Source of the DNA: Lingula anatina
Lineage: Eukaryota; Animalia; Brachiopoda
Assembly (NCBI GenBank): GCA_051362555.1
Contig: CM120644.1
Span: 5,712,954-5,776,953 of the forward strand
Reading direction: 5' to 3'
DNA: 64,000 nt
In this document: piece after piece, positions 54,191 through 64,000 of the stretch
How the letters are laid out: every line of letters starts with the position of its first letter
Position numbering within the stretch: position 1 is the first letter of the stretch
Translations under genes and position numbers: made by a program
The notes under the pieces: generated by a model
Seen by the model: the letters and a program-made list of their open reading frames with translations, nothing else
What the model was told of the DNA's origin: nothing
Databases searched by the model: none

Positions 54191-55730
54191 ATGAAGATGA
54201 TCCTGTTATTGATTTTACTTGTCGCTATTGCTACGCAAGGTAGGGATTTTTTATAACAAATTCTCTGGATAGCTACCAAGAAGAAAATATGTTTCTTTAT
54301 AGAGAGGAAGAACTTATGCAGATTATTATAGACACCAAATACCTTGATATTATAAATATGCCAATATAAAGCTAAGGGGATGAGTAGGCCCTAGCAGATG
54401 GGTACCTGGGACTTTATAATGATTATAACATAAGGAGCAATTTGAATGAAACGTTGTAAATAAAACAAATTCAAATGTAGAAATAACAAAATACTTTTTT
54501 GAAATTTCATCTTACATACAGCATAATAGAATTTTGCATGTGGAAAATTACAAAAACTATATATAGATTTATTGTACGTAGCGCAAACACGAAATATAAA
54601 AAAAATCACAATATTTCCTGACAATTTCTATGAAATACAGACAATTAATGTGAGGGATGATCGCTTTTGTGTTGTAAAAGACATAGTGTGACTGTTTACA
54701 TAACAACTCCGTCTGGACACAAGTAAATTTTGTCAATATTGGCTACCATGCTCTTTGTTTTCCCATATTTACGCAATAATTACAAACATATTTACGACAA
54801 TAATTGTTTTATATTCATGCCTATTTAGCACTAATGTAACCCTCTTTAGAAAGCCAGAACATAGAGTTTCAATGTCTGCATATTACTGAATACTGTCAGA
54901 ACTGTCGTATAAGCCATTTTTAAGATTTAAAAGTAATTTTTCAACCTCCCTTCCAAATTACTCGGTGCAATTCGTATAAGAGATTTCTTTTTTAAGATTA
55001 AAGAAAAACATTTTCTCAGCCTTCCGTGGTTGATAACTGGTTATTTCAATGGTATGATTTTATACTTTGCAGATGAAAGAAGACACGAGTTAATTTTTTT
55101 GGTATTCACTCCTTTTACATGCATTTAGCAGATATGCATGTCCTTGTATACATCGGCTTGGTAGAGTATAGTCTAAAAACGAAAATTGTAAACCTTAAAC
55201 TAACATTTTGCCTGTGTGCAAACTGTATTTTTTTTAATTCAATCTTGCAGAAATATCTGCTGGACCAGTGCAAGCAGATGCCGGAAACAGGGTTGTACGA
55301 GAAGACATGGTACCCAATGAGACTAAGAGAGATAACACGTGTTACGTTGACGCTGACTGCCAAGACTATTGCCGTCGATGTCGGGCCTACGGCTGCCATA
55401 AAATCAGCGAATATAACGGGGTGTGCATTTGTGATTCGTGTGTAAGTACTACAACATGAAACCTTAAGATATTGTTATTAGAAGCGCATCACTTTAACCC
55501 CATATCGTCCACATTGGTGATGCGGCGTCGCAGTAGATAAACATCACATCAATATTGTTTTCTATTATTATCTGTACAGTTAGCTAGCGATTGGTGCGAA
55601 AATCAAGTCCCAGGAACCAGTTTCAATTGATTTATTAATCAATTCCGCAGATAGGTCTACTTCAGTTCAGTATATGACAATTATAACACTTGTAATTATT
55701 TTTAACTTTTAATTTTTCTTTCAGTACTAA
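54191..55730 (+). CDS. Secreted 8-Cys prepropeptide, copy 2
   Basis: Exons 54191-54239, 55251-55441, 55725-55730: MKMILLLILLVAIATQEISA-GPVQADAGNRVVREDMVPNETKR-DNTCYVDADCQDYCRRCRAYGCHKISEYNGVCICDSCY*. Confidence 0.85.
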
Positions 55731-56641
55731 AAATATCTGAATATGGACATTTCAACAGGAAGCAGAGACCAGTTATTTGATCAAATCGTAATTATTTCGA
55801 TGATTAATAAAATGAGGCCAAAAAAAAAGCTCTGTTTTTACATGTTAACCGTTGATTTAATATCAGACTGCACGCGCGTAACAGGTTTCTTATTGTTATT
55901 ATTTCTTATTGGGAGACCCGAGCACCTTTTTTATTTATTGGAAAATCAATTGCAATATTTTTGTCTTAGTTCAGAGGGTATTGTGAAAAGTTAAGTCTTG
56001 GTCAGTTTTTAGCCCTATCTTCAACAATCGTGCCAACAGCTGTTCTACTGAAAGTGGTTTTTGTTGATGGAATAACATACCAGCAACACTGAAATGTTTC
56101 ATGTTTTTGAATTATTTGAACAAAACAAGTCATATTTCACTGTTTATAATGCTTTCGAGATAGGATAGATGTGTCAACATAAGCATATGATAGGTTTTTG
56201 GGAAAGTATCTCGTTTTATACATGTAGATCTCTCTTAATAGAGATTTTTTTTACTTAATTTGTCCTTAATAAAATCCTTCCACATTAAAAATGTTTACGT
56301 GAGTGAACTACCTTTGAAGACCAACAGTGATATATGAATAAGGTGTATAAAAGGGAGGGATGTCATCGGGTAAATAACAACTTACGCATTAATTGCTATA
56401 TCCAGAATTTACATATATGTTCTACAGTCGTTACGTGGAATTAAAAACGGTGAAAATAAAACCATAAATAGGGTACATTGCTTTTTATTACAGAAAAAAA
56501 ATATGTTTTATTTAATAAAATTGACAGATAAGACTTAAATGTTGTTTGATGCGATTGCGCAGAAATTGCGCAAGCAGTCAAATAGCGTAATGACTGTTTT
56601 ATCTACAATTTATATGGGAATTTATTTATTTATTATTATTA

Positions 56642-56692
<51 letters not shown>

Positions 56693-58809
56693 TTGTAAAT
56701 GGTTTGGTCATATCAATAACGTCATCGATTATGAACAAGGCTCGATTCCGCTGCCGACATATTTTTTAAATTGCTATAGGCTAACTAGACATGATCATAT
56801 TTAACAGCCTTCACGAGCGCCTCGTCTCCATAACTCGAAAGCGACAGCAGTAAAAGCCAACATAGCTTTATAATCATGCATTAAGACATGAAAGACGGCG
56901 GTTATATTGAGACGAGATGGCGGGACAACGTTAACTAGGTTTGTTCTGTTGAAACTTGCTCACATTAAGTGATTGTCTTGTTATAAGCGCTTAATGGGTC
57001 ATTACCATTGTAATAAACGTTTGTCAACACGTGTAACGCCCCCTGTACTTCGCCATCTTGATCGAAAATTACCGAATTCACAATGAGGTATGAGCGAAAT
57101 AATCATGGTATCCATACACAACAAATTAACATTTATGACAACGTTTAACCAACGTAATTGCTCATTAGTCATTACTTTGCTATGATCTACTTAAACAATA
57201 AAAATATGTGCAAATATTATATGTTTTTGGCGAGTGGCATTTCGAACTAATTGCTTTTGCGTATTTATAAATATACAGGTAATAACGACGCAGTATCACG
57301 TTCTGAGCAGACGACAACATACTTTCCAAATTACTCAATAATTATTACCTTTCTTTTACAGACTATACACATTTAAAAGTTGTTTGTCTACTGAACATCT
57401 CAAACATGAAAAGTCTCCAAGAACTCTATTGTGAGGGGTAGGCAGTGTATTATTTGCCATGCAGACCGACAGAACCACTGTATTTTACCGAAAAGCGCAA
57501 ATAAAGCGTATACTGCCAATGCCCACGTAACATCTCTAGGTATAAGAACTCCAAGTTGCCAAACGATGAAGCAACATCGTATCTAGTTTGTTCTCGGCCG
57601 AATAGCACTTATCTCTGGAGACTTTGTAATCGCTGATTTTTTTTAATTTTTTTTTTTATTTTTTTTTTAAGGGAGGGACAATAACATATAAAATGGCACA
57701 ATACAACATCAAACTTTGTTTTAAGGGCTTGTTATAGGCAATTACTGAATATTTTTGATGAATCTGAAAAAAGGAAACAGCTTTCTAACATACGGTGTCT
57801 ATTCACACTGCAAAGAAAGATGGGTTCTGACAACAAACACCTTTTTGCCCAACTTTAAATAAAACAAGCTTCTTTTTCTTTCACGTCTCAATGCCAACAC
57901 CGGTATAGTTTTCTATAAGCCTTTCATTACAACTATACGGGCAAGTGTTCTTTGTCGAAATTACACCATGAAAAATAGAAAGAATAGCAGTCCTGAAAAA
58001 CTCATAGTATGCTTGTGAATGCTGATGAGAATTTAATGACAGCCTCAATAACAAGTCACTATTTTATAAGTGATAAAACATTGCAATGTTTGACAGGGGT
58101 AATTTTTGTTGTCAAAACATTATGGCGGTAGATACAAACTTAATTACAAGAGGGTGTTGGAGTGGGAGATAGTAGTGACAGTCAATTATGCAGTAGGTAC
58201 CTGTAGTTTGTTAGGTAGACTGGACGTTTATTTTTGGCACCGCAGACACAATGACTGATGCAGGGTCGTTTTGGATAATATGAAAAACGAACACGGCCAC
58301 TTGTAGGGTGTAATGTTTGCCTCGATATTTGACGTGAGTGAGATGTTTACCAATCCCGTGAGGCGCATTTGATGTCCTATGGTGACAACTGAAACCTAAA
58401 TAAAATTTACCATAAAATGGGATCACGACATTTATTTGTAACTTTCCGATCACAATATATTTACTCATTCAGCCTTTTTTTCTTTCTGTTGTTAATATAT
58501 ACTCTATCCAAAACGACCGTAAATAGCATTTTTGAAAATATAAATGAACTCCAGATCTCTAACTGGCACTCTCTGTTAAAGCAGGTAATGCAGGTGCATG
58601 AACCCCAGTCCCTATGGGCCTATGGTTTATTATAAGACATCATATTCTTTTAAGAAAAACAATTAATGGCATATGTATAACTGTTTTATGTAACTGATAA
58701 AGAAAAGCGTTTTGTTTTTATCATTTTGAATATTATAGTATACCGCAGAGAAAATAAAAAGACAAGACAGAAGTATATTTCGATTACACAGAATTAGGGC
58801 GTGTGTTAC

Positions 58810-59053
58810 TGACGTCACTATTGGGAAGAGCTCTAGATGATAAATAAATCAAATTTCACTCGAATCTCCTCCGACTACTATCGGGCAGAGTTGTCTCAAT
58901 AAGAGGGATTCTATTTCATCTAGAGTAAATATTTTTAGGAAGCATTTCTAACTATACTGACAGCAACATCGCCAATGAAGTATGACGTGTCGATTTTTCA
59001 CCTAAGGACCCTGATCACGAGACTGAGTCATATCATGTAGTTAATATGCAAAT
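58810..59053 (+). promoter_or_regulatory. Candidate promoter motifs upstream of peptide copy 3: CRE TGACGTCA (58810), AP-1 TGAGTCA (59024), octamer ATGCAAAT (59046)
   Basis: Exact consensus matches; the octamer also occurs at 51021 and 54004 and AP-1 at 53982; function untested. Confidence 0.35.
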
Positions 59054-59232
59054 TCTGCGTCCTCGTTTGAAAAACGGTTAATTTCTACCAGCATGTTTTC
59101 TGCAGAAATATAATTATATTTCAGTCCAAACAAACCATTGCCTATATTGCTTTGCATCGGCACAGAACTCCCTCTCTGTCACAGCTCAGAGACTTTTAGA
59201 ACATTTCATCCAAGTGGTCGATACGGTTTAGA

Positions 59233-60752
59233 ATGAAGATGATTCTGTTATTGATTTTACTTGTCGCTATTGCTTCGCAAGGTAAGGATTTTTTATAACA
59301 AATTCTCTGGATAGCTACCAAGAAGAAAATATGTTTCTTTATAGAGAGGAAGAACTTATGCAGATTATTATAGACACCAAATACCTTGATATTATAGATA
59401 TGCCAATATAAAGGTAAGGGGATGAGTAGGCCCTATCAGATGGGTACCTGGGATTGTATAATGAATATAACATAAGGAGCAATTTGAATGAAACGTTGTA
59501 AATAAAACAAATTCAAATGTAGAAATATCAAAATACTTTTTTGAATTATCATCTTACATACAGCATAATAGAATTTTGCATGTGGAAAATTACAAAAACT
59601 ATTTATAGATTTATTGTACGTAGCGCAAACACGAAATATAAAAAAATCACAATATATTTACTGACAATTTCTATGAAATACAGACATTTAATGTGTGGGA
59701 TGATCGCTTTTGTGTTGTAAAAGACATAGTGTGACTGTTTACATAACAACTCCGTCTGGACACAAGTAAATTTTGTCAATATTGGCTACCATGCTCTTTG
59801 TTTTCCCATGAATCAAAACATAATTACGACAATAATTGTTTTATATTCATGCCTATTTAGCACTAATGTAACCCTCTTTAGAAAGCCAGAACATAGAGTT
59901 TCAATGTCTGCATATTACTGAATACTGTCAGAACTGTCGTATAAGCCATTTTTAAGATTTAAAAGTAATTTTTCAACCTCCCTTCCAAATTACTCAGTGC
60001 AGTTCGTATAAGAGATTTCTTTTTTAAGATTAAAGAAAAACATTTTCTCAGCCTTCCGTAGTTGATAACTGGTTATTTCAATGGTATGATTTTATACTTT
60101 GCATGATTATTTCAATGGTATGATTTTTCACTCCTTTTACATGCATTTAGCAGATATGCATGTCCTTGTATACATCGGCTTGGTAGAGTATAGTCTAAAA
60201 ACGAAAATTGTAAACCTTAAACTAACATTTTGCCTGTGCGCAAACTGTATTTTTTTTAATTCAATCTTGCAGAAATATCTGCTGGACCAGTGCAAGCAGA
60301 TGCCGGAAACAGGGTTGTACGAGAAGACATGGTACCCAATGAGACTAAGAGAGATAACACGTGTTACGTTGACGCTGACTGCCAAGACTATTGCCGTCGA
60401 TGTCGGGCCTACGGCTGCCATAAAATCAGCGAATATAACGGGGTGTGCATTTGTGATTCGTGTGTAAGTACTACAACATGAAGCCTTAAGATGTTGTTAT
60501 TAGAAGCGCATCACTTTAACCCCATATCGTCCACATTGGTGATGCGGCGTCGCAGTAGATAAACATCACATCAATATTGTTTTCTATTATTATCTGTACA
60601 GTTAGCTAGCGATTGGTGCGAAAATCAAGTCCCAGGAACCAGTTTCAATTGATTTATTAATCAATTCCGCAGATAGGTCTACTTCAGTTCAGTATATGAC
60701 AATTATAACACTTGTAATTATTTTTAACTTTTAATTTTTCTTTCAGTACTAA
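59233..60752 (+). CDS. Secreted 8-Cys prepropeptide, copy 3 (mature peptide identical to copy 2)
   Basis: Exons 59233-59281, 60273-60463, 60747-60752; signal MKMILLLILLVAIASQEISA. Confidence 0.85.
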
Positions 60753-63179
60753 AAATATCTGAATATGGACATTTCAACAGGAAGCAGAGACCAGTTATTT
60801 GATCAAATCTTAATTATTTCGATGATTAATAAAATGAGGCCAAAAAAAAAAGCTCTGTTTTTACATGTTAACCGTTGATTTAATATCAGACTGCACGCGC
60901 GTGACAGGTTTCTTATTGTTATTATTTCTTATAGGGAGACCTGAGCACCTTTTTTATTTATTGGAAAATCAATTGCAATATTTTTGTCTTTGTTCAGAGG
61001 GTAATGTGAAAAGTTAAATCTTGTTCAATTTGTAGCCCTATCTTCGACAATCGTGCAAACAGCTGTTCTACTGAAAGTAGTTTTTGTTGATGGAATAACA
61101 TACCAGCAACACGCAAATGTTTCATGATTTTGAATTATTTGAACAAAACAAGTCATATTTCACTGTTTATAATGCTTTCGAGATAGGATAGATGTGTCAA
61201 CATAAGCATATGATAGGTTTTTGGGAAAGTATCTCGTTTTATACATGTAGATCTCTCTTAATAGAGATTTTTTTACTTAATTTGTACTTAATAAAATCTT
61301 TCCACATTAAAAATGTTTACGTGAGTGAACTACCTTTGAAGACCAACATGATATATGAATAAGGTGTATAAAAGGGAGGGATGTCATCGGGTAAATAACA
61401 ACTTACGCATTAATTGCTACATCCAGAATTTACATATATGTTCTACAGTCGTTACGTGGAATGAAAAACGGTGAAAATAAAACCATAAATAGGGTACATT
61501 GCTTTTTATTACAGAAAAAAAGGATGTTTTATTTAATAAAAGTGACAGATAAGACTTTAATGTTGTTTGATGCGATTGCGCAGAAATTGCGCAAGCAGTC
61601 AAATAGCGTAATGACTGTTTTATCTACAATTTATATGGGAATTTATTTATTTATTTATTTATTTATTATTATTATTATTATTATTTTTATTTTTTTCTTT
61701 TTAATGGTTTAGTCATATCAATAACGTCATCGATTTTAAACAAGGCTCGATTCCTCTGCCGACATGTTTTTTAAATTACTATAGGCTTATTGCCAATATA
61801 TTCAATAACATGTAGCACCAGCGGCTCATTTTGGGTGTAGGGTCTCCCTACGTGTTGAATATTCCAATTCCCAATCAATGAGACCACATTCAGCTTGTAA
61901 AAACTACCATTTTGTATTTAATTATATTTTTTCATGTGAGATAAATGACAATCCTAAAAATTTCAGTTTCCAATTAACCTAATGCTCAAGAAATTTCCAT
62001 TTTACAACGAACTTTTTTCAATTTCTATTCACAGCAAAATAGTCACTTATGATAACAACCCCTGACAACTAAATAACTGCTCATTGTCTTACCTAGACAT
62101 GGGGACAACACATACATCGACTATTCATAATTCAGTCTTTTAGGAAGTTAGTAAAATAAAGCAAAGAAAGAAACTAGACATGACCATATTTAACAGCATT
62201 CACGCATGTTGCAACAGCAGTTAAAGCCAACATAGCTTTATAATCATGCATTAAGACATGAAAGACGGCGGTTATAATGAGACGAGATGGCGGGACAACG
62301 TTAACTAGGTTTGTTCTATTGAAACTTGCTCACATTAAGTGATTGTCTAGTTATAAGCGCTTAATGGGTCATTACCATGTAATAACCGTTTGTCAACACG
62401 CGTTGGCCTGGCAAAGCCATGCATTAATATCCTGTAACGCCCCCTGTACTTCGCCATCTTGATCGAAAATTACCGATTTCACAATGAGGTATGAGCGAAA
62501 TAATCATGGTATCCATACACAACAAATTAAAATTTATGACAACTTTTAACCAACGTAATTGTTAATTAGTCATTACTTTGCTATGATCCACTTAAACAAT
62601 AAAAATATGTGTAAATATTATGTTTTTGGCGAGTGGCATTTCGAACTAATTGCTTTTGCGTATTTATAAATATACAGGTAATAACGACGCAGTATCACGT
62701 TCTTAGCAGACGACAACACGGCCTCATGGCACATCACGCTTGCATACCACTGCTTATCAAGCTCATCAATGGAGTAACAGTAAAAATTAGCAGTCAGTGT
62801 ACCACTGAAGATCGAGCATGATGGAGTCATGACCAGACGTTAAAAACGTTACAATTTAAGCCTCCATAGATCCAATAATTATTACCTTCCTTTTACAGAC
62901 TATACGCATTTAAAAGTTGTTTGTCTATTGAACATCTCAAACATGAAAAGTCTCCAAGAACTGTATTGGGAGAGGTAGGCAGTGTAGTCTTTGGTATGCA
63001 GACCGACAGAACCACTGTATTTTACCGAAAAACGCAAATACAGCGTATACTGCCAATGCCCACGTAACCTCTCTAGGTATAAGAACTCCAAGTTGCCAAA
63101 CGGTGAAGCAACATCGTATCTAGTTTGTTCTCGGCCGAATCCTTCAGATAGCACTTATCTCTGGAGACTTTGTAATCGC

Positions 63180-63230
<51 letters not shown>

Positions 63231-64000
63231 TAGGGACAATAACATATAAAGAGGCACAAGACAACATCAAACTTTGTTTTAAGGGCTTGTTAAGGGCAAT
63301 TACTGAATATTTTTGATGAATCTGAAAAAAGGAAACAGCTTTCTAACATACGATGTCTATTCACACTGCATAGAAAGATGGGTTCTGACAAACAAACACC
63401 TTTTTTGACCAACTTTAAATAAAACAAGCTTCTCTTTCTTTCACGTCTCAGTGCCAGCACCGGTATAGTTTTCTAAAAGCCTTTCATTACAACGATACGG
63501 GCAAGTGTTCTTTGTCGAAATTACACCATGAAAAATAGAAAGAATAGCAGTCCTGAAAAACTTATAGTATGCTTGTGAATGCTGATGAGAATTTAATGAC
63601 AGCCTCAATAACAAGTCACGATTTTAAAAGTGATAAAACATTGCAATGTTTGACAGGTGTCATTTTTGTTGTCAAAACATTATGGCTGAAGATACGAACT
63701 TAATTACAAGAGGGGGTTGGAGTGGGAGAGAGTGGTAACAGTCAAATATACAGTAGGTAGTTTTTTTAGGTAGACTGGACGTTTATTTTTGGCACCGCAG
63801 ACACAAAGACTGGTGCAGGGTCGTTTTGGATAATATGAAAAACGAACACGGCCACTTGTAGGGTGTAATGTTTGCCTTGATATTTGACGTGAGTGAGAAG
63901 ATGTTTACCAATCCCGTGAGGCGCATTTGATGTCCTATTGTGACAACTAAAACCTAAATAAAATTCACCATAAAATGGGATCACGACTTTTATTTGTAAC

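Larger units (their letters stand above)
49540..64000 (+). repeat. Tandem segmental duplication array (units about 3-5.5 kb) carrying the peptide genes
   Basis: About 53620-58440 vs about 58630-64000 near-identical with indels; about 49540-53600 is a more diverged unit; the array runs off the window end. Confidence 0.9.

Noticed and set aside
55119-55445. 108-aa and 122-aa ORFs (55119-55445, 60099-60467) and antisense ORFs over peptide exon 2
   Set aside because: Alternative frames across intron and exon; they recur only because the region is duplicated.

Overview
AT-rich, intron-containing eukaryotic DNA from an animal, probably a marine invertebrate such as a lophotrochozoan (this assignment is inferred from gene and repeat types). 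Left to right: (1) an SLC28/CNT concentrative nucleoside transporter gene (+, CDS 10310-17141) with two tandem 181-nt versions of the exon encoding its substrate-binding helix, which look mutually exclusive; (2) a minus-strand Roco-type gene (ROC GTPase-COR) fused to a C-terminal DZIP3-like HEPN domain with an intact RxxxxH motif; it carries an in-frame stop, lacks a visible P-loop exon and is flanked by a 2-kb direct duplication, so it is probably a decayed tandem paralog; (3) a calpain without a penta-EF domain (+, 35734-43671), with an intact catalytic triad and a 54-bp tandem repeat that multiplies one splice acceptor in frame; (4) orphan cysteine-rich exon fragments at about 45.9-47.5 kb; (5) a tandem array of at least three 3-exon genes for secreted prepropeptides with a 38-aa, 8-cysteine CSalpha/beta-like mature peptide that shows a strong signature of diversifying selection. 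Intergenic DNA holds many non-autonomous DNA transposons with visible TIRs and TSDs, some nested, including a 28-29-bp hairpin element with 7-bp TSDs. All exon models were read by eye from splice signals and frame continuity; no database searches were run.
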